A DNA stretch of 64,000 nt from an uncultured delta proteobacterium (GCA_963775425.1 CAVZJB010000016.1:896001-960000); one strand, 5' to 3'. Counted from the stretch's first letter, positions 35,259-45,404 are shown. The notes: generated by a model from the sequence alone, not told the origin. Numbers and translations are program-made.

Positions 35259-35471
35259 CGTCGAAAATGCCCCGTGGGGCAACACCGTCGACTCAAAAGG
35301 GCGACGAGCAATGTGATCCATCGGCAACGCGCACGGGACCGGCGCCGGGAGGAGCCGCACCGTCGATGCGGCGCGTTCGCGCCCGGGCCCGCGTTGAGCC
35401 GGGCAGTCCATTCGCGACGTCGGCGACGTCGACGACCCTGCGGGGCTTGACGTCGGCTGCGTCGACGCCCC

Positions 35472-35553
35472 GTAGGGCGGGGGCTTGTCCCCCGCGTCGG
35501 AAGGCACGCGGACGTGCCGGTGCCTCCGACGCGCCCCACAAGGGGGGCCCTAC
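35472..35553. repeat. GTAG-family REP pair forming a REPIN-like long hairpin
   Basis: GTAG-GGCGGGGG-CTTGT-CCCCCGC ... inverted partner CCCCACAAGGGGGGCCCTAC; inner stem GCGTCGGA-AGGCAC/GTGCC-TCCGACGC. Confidence 0.75.
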
Positions 35554-35990
35554 GCCTCGATGCCGTGCGTGCCGTGTCGACGTGTGCGGCGACGACGGCG
35601 CCGGCCGTCGCCCCGACGCGACAACGGCAGGGCAAGACGTCGTCGTCAGCGACGAACGCCCTGCCGCCGTGAATGTCGTGACGCCGCTGAGCGCAAAGGG
35701 CGACGAGCAATGTGATCCATCGGCAACGCGCACCGGACTGCCGGCTCGGACGCGAGGGGCGGCGGGCGGCGCCGGGAGGAGCCGCACCGTCGATGCGGCG
35801 CGTTCGCGCCCGGGCCCTTGTTCACCCGCGAATCCCGCGGAGAGGGCGCGGACGTGCCGTGTCGACGCGTGCGGCGACGACGGCGACGACCGTCGCCCCG
35901 ATGCGAGAAAGGCGCCGAAGGCGCGCGGCGTAGACATTCGCGGCGGGGCACGACGTCATCGTCAGCGCACACGTCGTCCCGCCGAGAATG

Positions 35991-36041
35991 TCGTCACGCC
36001 GCTAAGCTCGTCACGCCGCTAAGCTCGTGACGCCGCTGAGC
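35991..36041. repeat. 17-bp direct repeat x3 (fourth copy at 35676-35692)
   Basis: TCGTCACGCCGCTAAGC twice, then TCGTGACGCCGCTGAGC. Confidence 0.92.
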
Positions 36042-36281
36042 GCAGCCTCGCGGCGGTTGTCCGCGCGCCGCAGCAATCCCCGGCGTTCCACCGTTCCACC
36101 CCGAACCGCTGCCGGCGCTGTCCGCAGCGTCAAGACGCGCCCGCCCCGTGGCACGCAGCTTGAGTCTCTGCGCCGCACGCTACGCAACCCCGAACCAGCG
36201 AGCACCGCCGTGACCAGCACCGTCGCCACCCGTCGTCACCCGGCCCCCACCGCCGCCACGCCCGAAGCGCACGACACGCGC

Positions 36282-36809
36282 ATGACCATGGCCGACGGCT
36301 CCGTCGGCGGCGTCGAAGAGATGTCCTTCGGCGATCCCGCCTCGTACGCGCGTTGGCGGTGCGCCCCCATCACCCCGCCGGCGTCGCCCCCCCTCATCGA
36401 CGACAAGAAGGCCGCCGATCCCGACGGCGCCCGCGCGGAGAATGAGCGCCGGGTCGCCGCGTACTTCAAAAAGTACGGCGCGTACGCCGAGCGGTTCGGC
36501 GACGCCGCGCGCGACCCTTTGGTGAGCGACGACACCCTGCGGAGCTGCCCGCCGCTCGCGCGGCCCGCCGCGGCTGCGTCGCTGCCCGAGGACGAGCGTG
36601 CACACTACGAGACCATGGCCCCGGCCTCGGTCATGCGGAAATACCGCGAGGCCGGCGACGCGCTCGGCGACCGCACTCTCGACGCGCAGCTCGCGTCCAC
36701 CGGGTACGTCAAGGCCGCGCTCACCGGCCCGGGCTTCTACGGGTCGTCGACGGCGGAGCGCGACGACCCCTCACAGATCGCGGCGCGCCGCGTGGGCGGA
36801 GGCCGCTGA
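36282..36809 (+). CDS. Hypothetical protein
   Basis: Non-overlapping ORF with GC-rich third positions and mixed amino-acid composition from ATG 36282; no motif recognised. Confidence 0.6.
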   Translation: MTMADGSVGGVEEMSFGDPASYARWRCAPITPPASPPLIDDKKAADPDGARAENERRVAAYFKKYGAYAERFGDAARDPLVSDDTLRSCPPLARPAAAASLPEDERAHYETMAPASVMRKYREAGDALGDRTLDAQLASTGYVKAALTGPGFYGSSTAERDDPSQIAARRVGGGR

Positions 36810-36814
36810 ACGAG

Positions 36815-36858
36815 ATCCGGGGCCGCCGCCCTTCTTGGCGGTGGGGCGGCGGCCGGAT
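36815..36858. terminator. GC-rich hairpin between convergent genes
   Basis: GGCCGCCGCCC (36821-36831) / GGGCGGCGGCC (36844-36854); no clear U-tract. Confidence 0.45.
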
Positions 36859-36942
36859 GCGTGGTGGTTGGAACGAGGCCCTCCGGGTGTCCCGCGGACA
36901 AACGCGGGCGCCCGGGGGGCCCCGGGCCCATCGCGGGGCTGC

Positions 36943-39133
36943 TCAGCCGTCCTGGGAGCGGGCGCGCTCCACCGCGTGGACGCCCTTGACGCCCTCGAGC
37001 GCCTTCACGATCTTTCGGAGCTGCTCGAGGTCGATGATGCCGCACTTGAAGGTGTTCACGGCCTGGCCCTCGCGGAGCACCTTGCAGTTGGCCTCGCTGA
37101 TGTTGACGCTGTTCTTGGAGAACACGCCGGAGAGATCGGCGAGCATGCCCTCGCGGTCGTCGGTGACGACGCGCAGGGAGATGGGCCGCGCGAAGGTGGT
37201 GGCCGAGTCCCACGACACCTGGATGCGGCGCTCCGGGTCGAGCTCGAGGACCTTGGGGCAGTCCTTGCGGTGAACCGTGAGGCCGCGGCCGCGGGTGACG
37301 AAGCCGACGATGGGGTCGCCCTTCACCGGGGAGCAGCAGCGCGCGTAGTGCACGAGCATGTCCTCGATGCCTTCGATCTTCACGCCGCTGGCGTTCCTGC
37401 GCGCGACACGGTCGATGAGCTCGGAGAGGCGCGACTTGCGCGGCGCCGGCTCCGGCGGCTTGCTGCGCACCTCCTCGGGGAGCACACGCTCGACGACGAG
37501 CTGCGGCGCGAGCTTGCCGTAGCCGACGGCGACGAGGAGGTCCTCGAGGTCGCGGTACTTCTCGCTCTTGAACAGGTCGAGGAGCTTGTCGTTCAGGTGC
37601 TTTTGAACGCTGGCCCCGAACCGCCGCAGCTCGCGCTCGAGGAGCTCGCGGCCGATGGCCACGGCGCGATCGCGCTCCGCCGCCCGCAGGTGCGCGCGGA
37701 TCTTGGTCTTGGCCCGCGACGTCTTGACGAACTCGATCCAGTCCTTGTTCGGGCGCTGCGACTTGCTCGTGATGATCTCGCAGGTGTCGCCGTTCCTGAG
37801 CGCGTAGCGGAGGGGGACGATGCGCCCGTTCACCTTGGCCCCGGCGCAGTGCATGCCGACGTCGCTGTGGATGGCGAAGGCGAAGTCCACGGGAGAGCTG
37901 CCACGCGGCAGCTCGATGACGTGGCCCTTGGGCGTGAAGATGTAGACCTCGTCGGCGAAGAGGTCGAACTTCACGGAGTCGAGGAACTCGGTGGGGTCCT
38001 TGAGATCGCGCTGCCAGTCCATGAGCTGGCGCAGCCACTGAAAGCCGCCCTCGCCCGAGATCTTCACCGGCAGCGACGCGCCCGTCTCCTTGTACTTCCA
38101 GTGCGCCGCGATGCCTTCCTCGGCGATCTGCTGCATCTCTTCCGTGCGGATCTGGATCTCGATGCGCTCGGCCTTGGGCCCGATGACGGTGGTGTGCAGC
38201 GACTTGTAGCCGTTGGGCTTCGGCATCGCGATGTAGTCCTTGAAGCGCCCGGGGATGGGGCGCCAAAGACCGTGGATGTGCCCGAGGGACTCGTAGCACT
38301 GGCCGACGTTGTCGACGATGACGCGGAACGCGATGAGGTCGTAGACCTCCTCGAAGGGGATGTTCTTGGCCGCCATCTTCTTGTGGATGCTCCACAAGTG
38401 CTTGGGGCGGCCGCTGACCTCGAAGCCGGAGAGGCCCGCCTTGGTGAGGACGTCGCTGATCTCACCGGTGACGTCGTCGATGAAGCGCTGGCGGTCTTTC
38501 TTGGTGCGGCCGAGCTTCTCGCTGAGCTCTTCGTACTCCCGCGGGTGCATGTACTTGAAGCTCAGGTCCTCGAGCTCGAATCTTGATCCATGAGATGCCG
38601 AGCCGGTTCGCGAGCGGCGCGTAGATCTCCATGGTCTCGCGCGCGATGGCTTCCTGGCGGTCGGGCTTCATGTGCTCGAGCGTCCGCATGTTGTGGAGGC
38701 GGTCCGCCAACTTCACGAGGAGCACGCGGATGTCCCGCGCCATGGCGACGAGCATCTTGCGGAAGTTCTCTGCGAGCTTCTCCTCGGCGTTGTTGAACTT
38801 GACCTGGCCGAGCTTGGTGACGCCGTCGACGATGCCGGCGATGTCCTTGCCGAACAGCTCCTCGATCTCTTCGATGGTTGCGAGCGTGTCCTCGACGGTG
38901 TCGTGCAGGAGGCCGGCGACGACGCTGGCCTCGTCGAGCTTGAGCTGCGCGAGGACGCCGGCGACGGCGAGCGGGTGGATCAAGTACGGCTCGCCGGTCT
39001 TTCGCACCTGCCCGGCGTGCACCTTGGCGCAGTAGACGTATGCCTTCTTGATGAGGTCGACGTCCGCCCGCGGGTGATAGCTGGTCACCGCGTCAAGGAT
39101 GTCGTTCAGGCGCAATGTCTGCGGAGCGTTCAC
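36943..39133 (-). CDS. rel: Bifunctional (p)ppGpp synthetase/hydrolase Rel/SpoT (apparent +1 frameshift at ~38580)
   Basis: GEPYLIHP, LLHDTVEDT, KLADRLHNMRT, YAPLANRLG in one frame; ELEDLSF, GRPKH, RFKDYIAMPKPNGYKSLHT, EIQIRT, AAHWKYK, TGS and ACT domains in the next. Confidence 0.96.
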
Positions 39134-39238
39134 GGGTCGAGGGATCCTCGTCTCAGTGTAACGCGACGCACCATCGGCTGCGCACTTCCTTACGCACTTT
39201 CCGGATCAGCGACCCGCGGCATGACGCCGCGCGTCCGG

Positions 39239-40108
39239 TCACTCGCCCTCGCCCTCGCCCTCGCCCTCGCCCTCGCCCTCGCCCTCGCCCTCGCCGGCGC
39301 CGCACTGGTCGGCCGGGACGTAGACGCCGCCGTCGGCGCCGCCGAAGCCCGCGCAGCTCCAGTCGAAGGGGCCGCCGTCCACCTCACGGCAGGAGGCCAC
39401 GTCGATGGCCTCGGCGGGGTCGCAGTCGAGCAGGCACAGGGGCTTTTCCTGGTCGGCACAGGGGCCGCCGTCGACCGGGCCGCCGTCGCCGGGGCCCCCG
39501 TCGACCGGCCCGCCGTCGACAGGGCCGCCGTCGACGCAGTCGTCCTGCGGGAGCGCGCCGGCCTCGTCGCAGGCGAAGGCGTGGTCGACGCACTCGGCCA
39601 GGAACGCCTGCGCGTCGCTGCAGTCGTTGACGCACAGGAAGCTGGTTTGGTTGTCGCAGTCGCCGGTGAGGCAGCCCGTGACGCCGGGCTGGATGCAGGA
39701 GAGCACTCCGTTCACGCACTGAAAGCCCGTGGGGATGACGTCGGGGCAAGCCGGGCCGGCGTCGAGGTCGCAGGTGCTCGGCAGCACGCCGTCCTGGCAG
39801 GTGTCGACGCCGTCGACGCAGACCGCGTTGCCCGTGAACGTGGGGTCGTCGCAGGAGCGGCGGCAGGCGGGGGGGAAGGCAGAGCAGATCACCGTGGCGT
39901 TGCAGGACGGCGGATCGTCGACCGCCCCGGGCTGGGCGCACTGGCCGCAGCTACACACGAGGCCGTCGTCGCACTCGAGGTCGGTGCCGCAGAAGGTGCC
40001 TTCTCCCGCGCCCGCGGCGGGCGGCGGTGCGCTCTTGCACGTCGCCACCACGACGAGGAGCGTGAAGACACCCGCAATCCCGACGAGGGCACCCTTGTGC
40101 ATGGCCAC
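39239..40108 (-). CDS. Cys-rich lipoprotein with DGGP repeats and C-terminal (GE)9 tail
   Basis: Hydrophobic leader ending VVATC; many Cys; VDGGPVDGGPVDGGPGDGGPVDGGP; perfect (CTCGCC)9 at 39242-39295. Confidence 0.8.
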   Translation of the reverse strand: MAMHKGALVGIAGVFTLLVVVATCKSAPPPAAGAGEGTFCGTDLECDDGLVCSCGQCAQPGAVDDPPSCNATVICSAFPPACRRSCDDPTFTGNAVCVDGVDTCQDGVLPSTCDLDAGPACPDVIPTGFQCVNGVLSCIQPGVTGCLTGDCDNQTSFLCVNDCSDAQAFLAECVDHAFACDEAGALPQDDCVDGGPVDGGPVDGGPGDGGPVDGGPCADQEKPLCLLDCDPAEAIDVASCREVDGGPFDWSCAGFGGADGGVYVPADQCGAGEGEGEGEGEGEGEGEGE

Positions 40109-40193
40109 TGTGTAACACGGCCTGTCGCCGTCGTCGCGCGGGGTTCCTACCCCTTCAGGACGACCTCATTGTCGCCGTCTGCTTGGAGGGAAC

Positions 40194-40700
40194 ATGAATC
40201 GCGAAACCGCCAGGGCGCTGAAAGAAGGCATCGGGTACGGCGTGGTCGCAGGCATCATCTTCGGCGTCGCCGTGATGATCGTCGCGGTCACCATGAACGA
40301 ATCGATGTGGTCTCCGCTGCGCCTGATGGCCAGCGTCGTCATGGGAAAGGACGCGCTCACCGACGTGAGCGGCGCCCCCGTGGTCACGGGCATCATCGTG
40401 CATCTGATCCTGTCCGGCGTGTTCGGCGGGATCTACGGGCTGTTCGACGCCGCGCTGTCCCGCGAGCTCCGCGCGAGCTTCGCGTGGCAGGCAGGCCTCG
40501 GCCTGGTGTTCGGCGTCGCCCTGTGGCTCGTCGACTTCCAGATCATCGCGCGCGTCATCTACCCGTGGTTCCTGAGCTCGCAGCAGATGACCATGGCGTT
40601 GCTGCACGCGGTGTTCTTCGGGCTGCCGCTCGGGCTGATGATCGCGGGCGCGGAGCGCATGGCGGTGGCACAGCCGCGGCCGACGCCGAAGCACGCGTGA
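40194..40700 (+). CDS. Small four-helix membrane protein
   Basis: GGAGG SD; four hydrophobic segments; His residues in helices (IVHLILS, LLHAVFFG). Confidence 0.8.
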   Translation: MNRETARALKEGIGYGVVAGIIFGVAVMIVAVTMNESMWSPLRLMASVVMGKDALTDVSGAPVVTGIIVHLILSGVFGGIYGLFDAALSRELRASFAWQAGLGLVFGVALWLVDFQIIARVIYPWFLSSQQMTMALLHAVFFGLPLGLMIAGAERMAVAQPRPTPKHA

Positions 40701-40703
40701 CGG

Positions 40704-42530
40704 TCACAGGGGGATGCGGACGCGGAATGTGCAGCCGTGGCCGCGGCGGGACTCCACGCGGATGTCTCCGTGATGGTCCTCGACGATCTTCTTCACGAGG
40801 GCGAGGCCGAGCCCGGTGCCCTCCTTCTTGCCGTGGGTCGCGAACTGCTCGAACAGGCGCCCCTCGATCTCTGCGGGCAGGCCCGGCCCGGTGTCCGCGA
40901 CGGTGATCTCCACCTGATCGCCGATTTGCTCGAGCCTGAGCGTGAGCTCGCCGCCGTCGGGCATGGCCTCGATGCCGTTTTTGACCAGGTTGGCCAGGGC
41001 GCGCTTCATCCGGAGGTCGTCGAGCCGGACGGCGCCCCGGTAACCGACGTGCGTGCTCACCCTGATGCCGCGGCGGTTGGCGGCCAGGCGGTGGACCATG
41101 TCCTCGACGTCCTTCATGAACCCCTGCATGTAGACCTTGCGGATGAGGATGGAGCTCTCGCCGCGCACGAACTGCAGGAGCTCCTTGATCATCGACGTCA
41201 TCTGCTCGCAGTTTTTGAGCACGATCTCCGCGTTGTTCTGGCGCTCGAGGGCGTTTTCCTCCGTCGCCATCAACTGCACGTAGCCGGAGATGACCGTCAT
41301 CGGCGTCTTGAGGTCGTGGACGATGCCGGCGAGCAGGGTGCCGAGCCGCTCGAGCTGCTCGGCGTTCTTGGTGCGCTCGCGGCGGCGCGCGTCGTGGAGC
41401 GCCGCCGCCACCCGCGGCGCCACCAGGCGCAAGAGCCGCTCGTCGTCGGCGGTGAACGGGTGGCGCGTGGCGCGGTCGCGCAGCACCATGATGGCGCCGT
41501 AGGGTCGCTCCTCGTCGGGGGCGCCGGGGTACTCCACCACCAGCGGCACCGCCATCAACGGCCCCGGCAGCAACCCGAGCTCCTTGGCGACCTTCTGCGC
41601 GTGGCGGCGGTCGAGGGAGGCGTCGTCGACGCGCATCACCTCTCCCGTGGTGACCGCGCTGCCGATGATGCCGGTGTCGAGGGGCAGCGTGGTGCCAACG
41701 GTCTTGTCCTCGCCCACGCCAGTGGCGGCGTGGAAGCGCAGAGCGGTGAGGCGCGGCTCGACGAGCGCGATGCTCGCCGCGTCGGCGTCGAGGAGCGTGC
41801 GCACGCGCTTGACGACGACGTTCAACAGCTCCTCCTCGGACACGGTGGTGCCCATGGCCTGCTCGAGGCCGGCGAGGAGATCGAGCTCGGAGACGCGCCG
41901 CTGCAGCTCGACCTGCGCGCGCTCGAGTCGGATGGCCTTGTCCTTGAGCTGCGCGAACAGGAAGGCGTTCTTGAGCGCCACCGAGATCTGGCCCGTGATG
42001 CTCTCGAGCAGGCGCTCGTCCTCGACGCCGAACGGGCCCACCCGCTTGTTGAGGGCCTCGACGACGCCGGCGACCTTGCCCTCGATGGACATGATGGGGA
42101 CGGCGAGCAGGCTCCTGGTCCGATAGCCGCTCTTCTCGTCGAACCGCGGGTTGAAGCGCGGGTCCTTGTACGCGTCGCCGAGGTTCAGGGGGAGGCCGGT
42201 GGCGGCGACGTAGCCGGCGACGCCGCTGCCGAGCGGCAGACGGATGGAATCGCTGCCCTCGATGACCCGGCTCCATAGCTCGCGGCGCTCGTCATCGACG
42301 ACGAACAAGGTGGCGCGGTCGCACTCGAGGAGCTGCGAGACCTTGCCGATGATGGTGCGCAAAAGCTCGTCCAGCTCGAGGCGCCCTGCCAGGGCGGAGC
42401 CGACGTCGCGCATACCCGCGAGCCGCTTGCGCGACAGCGTGAGCGCTTCCTCGAGGGCCTCGTTCTCCTCGGTGAGGATCTCGACGACCCCGGCATCGGG
42501 CACGGTGATCGGCCGGTCGTGGGAGCCCAT
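40704..42530 (-). CDS. GAF-GAF sensor histidine kinase
   Basis: [10 protein letters not shown]...DAYKDPRFN...[12 protein letters not shown]...LNK (GAF); IVHDLKTP (H-box), [26 protein letters not shown]. Confidence 0.95.
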   Translation of the reverse strand: MGSHDRPITVPDAGVVEILTEENEALEEALTLSRKRLAGMRDVGSALAGRLELDELLRTIIGKVSQLLECDRATLFVVDDERRELWSRVIEGSDSIRLPLGSGVAGYVAATGLPLNLGDAYKDPRFNPRFDEKSGYRTRSLLAVPIMSIEGKVAGVVEALNKRVGPFGVEDERLLESITGQISVALKNAFLFAQLKDKAIRLERAQVELQRRVSELDLLAGLEQAMGTTVSEEELLNVVVKRVRTLLDADAASIALVEPRLTALRFHAATGVGEDKTVGTTLPLDTGIIGSAVTTGEVMRVDDASLDRRHAQKVAKELGLLPGPLMAVPLVVEYPGAPDEERPYGAIMVLRDRATRHPFTADDERLLRLVAPRVAAALHDARRRERTKNAEQLERLGTLLAGIVHDLKTPMTVISGYVQLMATEENALERQNNAEIVLKNCEQMTSMIKELLQFVRGESSILIRKVYMQGFMKDVEDMVHRLAANRRGIRVSTHVGYRGAVRLDDLRMKRALANLVKNGIEAMPDGGELTLRLEQIGDQVEITVADTGPGLPAEIEGRLFEQFATHGKKEGTGLGLALVKKIVEDHHGDIRVESRRGHGCTFRVRIPL

Positions 42531-42566
42531 GGCCCCGACTCTACCCCGGCCCCGGCGCAGGCGCCC

Positions 42567-45404
42567 TCAATGGGCTTCGTTCCAGGTGCGGCCCTCGTGG
42601 GCGTCGACCACCAGGGCCACCGACAGCGCCGCGGCCCCCGACATGGCCGCCTGCGCGACCGCGATGGCGTCGGCGGCGTGGCGCTTGGGCACCTCGACGA
42701 CGAGCTCGTCGTGGACCTGCAGCAGGATGCGGGCGCTCGGGACCTGCCTTTTGAGCGCGCGGTCGGCGTCGATCATCGCGCGCTTCATGATGTCGGCCGC
42801 GGACCCCTGGATGGGGGTGTTGGTGGCGAGGCGCTCGGCCTGCGCGCGCTCGCCGCCGTTCTTGCTGTCGATGCCGTGCAGCCGCCGGCGCCGGCCGAGC
42901 AGCGTGCGTACGCTCTTGTCCACGTAGGCGCGCTCGCGCTGCTTGGACTGCCAGTCGCGCACGCCGACGAGCCGCTGGTTGTAGCGGTCGTGGTACTCGC
43001 GGGCGGTGGCGCGCGGCACGCCAAGCTCGCGGGCGAGGCGCTGCACGCCCATGCCGTAGATGAGGCCGAAGTTGATGGCCTTGGCAGCGCTCCGCTGATC
43101 CTTGGTGACCTCGTCGAGCTTGACGTTGAACACCTCGCTCGCCGTGCGGCGGTGCACGTCCTCGTTCTTCTTGAACGCGTCGATGAGGACGGCGTCGCCG
43201 GTGACGTGTGCGAGGATGCGCAGCTCGATCTGCGAGTAGTCGAGGGACAGCAGGACGTTCCCGTCGTCGGCGATGAACGCGTCGCGGATCTTGCGGCCGA
43301 GCTCGGTGCGCACGGGGATGTTCTGCAGGTTGGGATCCGTCGACGACAGGCGCCCTGTGGCCGCCACCGCCTGGTTGAAGTGGGTGTGGACGCGGCCGTG
43401 GGCGTCGATGAGCCTGGGCAGCACGTCGACGTAGGTGCCTTTGAGCTTGGCGATGGTGCGGTGCTCGAGGATGAGCTCGGGCAGCTCGTGCTTGTCGGAG
43501 AGCGCCTCGAGCACCGAGGAGTCCGTCGACGGCGCGCCGCTCGCGGTGCGTTTGCCGATGGGGAGCTTCAGCTCGCGAAAGAGGATCTCGGCGATCTGCG
43601 TGGGGCTCTCGAGGTTGAACGCGCGGCCCGCCGCCTCCACCGCCTTCTCCTCGACACCGGCGAGCGTGTCGGCGAAGTCCTGGCTGAGCGACTCGAGGCG
43701 CGCGACGTCGACCTTGATGCCCGCGCGCTCCATCTCGCCGAGGAGCGCCTCGAGCGGGAGCTCCAGCTCCCTGTAGAGCGCGTCCATCTCGCTCTTTTCG
43801 AGGCGCGGCTCGAGGACGTTGGCGCAGCGGAGCGTGCAGTCGACGGCCTCGGCCGCGAAGGTGGTCATGACGTCCTGCGGCACCTGATCGGCCCGCACCG
43901 CGGACTTGCCACGGCCAAAGACGCTGTCCGGCTCGATCATCGCGTGCCCGAGTGTCCGCCGCGTGACGTTGATGAGCCGGGTGCTCTCCTCGTCGGGGTC
44001 GAGCAGGTAGCTCGCGAGCATGGGGTCGCCGCCGATGCTCCAGGTGGGCCAGCCCGCGAAGAACAGCGCGTTGACGTCGGTCTTTCCGTCGTGCGCGATG
44101 ATGGTCTTGCCGCCATCGGCGAGGAGCGGCGCGAGCGCAGCGCGCAGCGCGCCCTCCGGGTGCGCGGCCGCCGGGATCCACACCGCCTCGCCCTCGCCCC
44201 AGCAGGCGGCGACGCCGACGAGCTTGGCGTCCGGCGCGCCGGGGCCGCCGCCCGACGGCGAGGCGATCTCGGTGCGCACGGCGAAACGCGCGGCGGCGCC
44301 GAGGTGCGTGGCGACGTCGCGCAGCGCGGCCGCGTCGGTGACGGCGCGGTAGCGGGTGCGGTCGACCGTGGTGGTGGAGGCGGGGAGCTGCTCCGGCGGC
44401 GCCGGCATCAGCTCCGGCGGGAGCGTGACGTCGCGGACGATGGGGTCGTTTTCGAGACGACGGAATTCCATCTCCGTGAAGAACGCCTTGAGCTGCTGCT
44501 TGTCGGGCCCCTCGTACTTGAGCTCGCCGACGGAGACGTCGATGGGCACGTCGTCGCGGATGGCCACGAGGCGCATGCTCAAGCGCGCGCGATCGGCCTG
44601 GGTCTTGAGCTTCTCGCGGCGCGACGGCTGTTTGATGTCGTCGGCGTGGGCGAGCACCGCCTCGAGGCCGCCCCAGGTGCGCACGAGCTCGGCGGCGGTC
44701 TTTTCGCCGACGCCGGCGATGCCGGGGACGTTGTCGGAGCTGTCCCCGGCGAGGGCGAGCACATCGACGACGTGCTCCGGGGGCACGCCGAACTTCTCGA
44801 TGACCTGCTCGCGGCGGATCTCGTTGGTCTCGCTGCCACGGCCCATGCGCATCTCGTCGAGGAGCATGGTGTGGTCGTCGACGAGCTGGCACAGATCCTT
44901 GTCGCCCGTGACGATGACGACGTCCTTGCCCGCGGCGCGCGCCTGCTTGCACAGGGTGGCGATGACGTCGTCGGCCTCGAAGCCCTTGACGATCACCTTC
45001 TTGATGCGCATCGCGTCGATGAGCCGGTGGATGAGCGGGATCTGCGGCGGGAGGTCCTCGGGCGGCGGCGAGCGCGTGCCCTTGTACTCGGGGTAGATCT
45101 CGTGGCGGAACACCTTGCCGCCGGGGTCGAAGCAGATGGCGAGGTGCGACGGCTCGATGTCCTTCAAGATCTTGAGGAGCATCGTGGTGAAGCCGAAGAC
45201 GGCGTTGGTGGCCTGGCCCTTCGACGTCGAGAGGCGGCGCATCGCATAGTAGGCGCGGAAGATGTAGCCCTGCCCGTCGACGATGTAGACGGTGCCGTCC
45301 CGCGCCGCCTTCTTCTTGGCAGCCGCCGCCGCGGCCGCCTTGATGGCCTCGGGATCGTCGCCGAGGCTGAGCTGGCCGGCGCTCTTCTTCTTCTTCGTCG
45401 CCAT
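42567..45404 (-). CDS. polA: DNA polymerase I
   Basis: YIVDG..YIFRAYYA, FEADDVIAT, GDKDL, GDSSDNVPG, TGRLSSTDPNLQNIP, DYSQIELRILAH, AKAINFGLIYG, LQVHDELV. Confidence 0.99.
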   Translation of the reverse strand: MATKKKKSAGQLSLGDDPEAIKAAAAAAAKKKAARDGTVYIVDGQGYIFRAYYAMRRLSTSKGQATNAVFGFTTMLLKILKDIEPSHLAICFDPGGKVFRHEIYPEYKGTRSPPPEDLPPQIPLIHRLIDAMRIKKVIVKGFEADDVIATLCKQARAAGKDVVIVTGDKDLCQLVDDHTMLLDEMRMGRGSETNEIRREQVIEKFGVPPEHVVDVLALAGDSSDNVPGIAGVGEKTAAELVRTWGGLEAVLAHADDIKQPSRREKLKTQADRARLSMRLVAIRDDVPIDVSVGELKYEGPDKQQLKAFFTEMEFRRLENDPIVRDVTLPPELMPAPPEQLPASTTTVDRTRYRAVTDAAALRDVATHLGAAARFAVRTEIASPSGGGPGAPDAKLVGVAACWGEGEAVWIPAAAHPEGALRAALAPLLADGGKTIIAHDGKTDVNALFFAGWPTWSIGGDPMLASYLLDPDEESTRLINVTRRTLGHAMIEPDSVFGRGKSAVRADQVPQDVMTTFAAEAVDCTLRCANVLEPRLEKSEMDALYRELELPLEALLGEMERAGIKVDVARLESLSQDFADTLAGVEEKAVEAAGRAFNLESPTQIAEILFRELKLPIGKRTASGAPSTDSSVLEALSDKHELPELILEHRTIAKLKGTYVDVLPRLIDAHGRVHTHFNQAVAATGRLSSTDPNLQNIPVRTELGRKIRDAFIADDGNVLLSLDYSQIELRILAHVTGDAVLIDAFKKNEDVHRRTASEVFNVKLDEVTKDQRSAAKAINFGLIYGMGVQRLARELGVPRATAREYHDRYNQRLVGVRDWQSKQRERAYVDKSVRTLLGRRRRLHGIDSKNGGERAQAERLATNTPIQGSAADIMKRAMIDADRALKRQVPSARILLQVHDELVVEVPKRHAADAIAVAQAAMSGAAALSVALVVDAHEGRTWNEAH

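Larger units (their letters stand above)
35296..36044. repeat. Two diverged tandem structured units (~400 and ~350 bp)
   Basis: Identical 39-mer at 35296-35334 and 35695-35733; identical 50-mer at 35341-35390 and 35768-35817; near-identical blocks at 35568-35621/35853-35906 and 35671-35695/35986-36044. Confidence 0.92.

Noticed and set aside
35310-35318. CRP/FNR-type site AATGTGATC in the duplicated block
   Set aside because: Only a half-site; no TCACA partner at the correct spacing.
35243-36022. 259-aa and other ORFs spanning the tandem element
   Set aside because: The repeated blocks fall in different frames between units, composition is Arg/Ala/Pro-rich, and conservation follows hairpins rather than codons.
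35296-36044. CRISPR array, T-box or glycine riboswitch
   Set aside because: Only two copies of each block with irregular spacing, no cas genes, and no T-box or glycine-aptamer consensus seen on the minus strand.
31483-39133. glyS and rel as true pseudogenes
   Set aside because: Each has a single one-base break in otherwise intact sequence, and GlyRS is essential.
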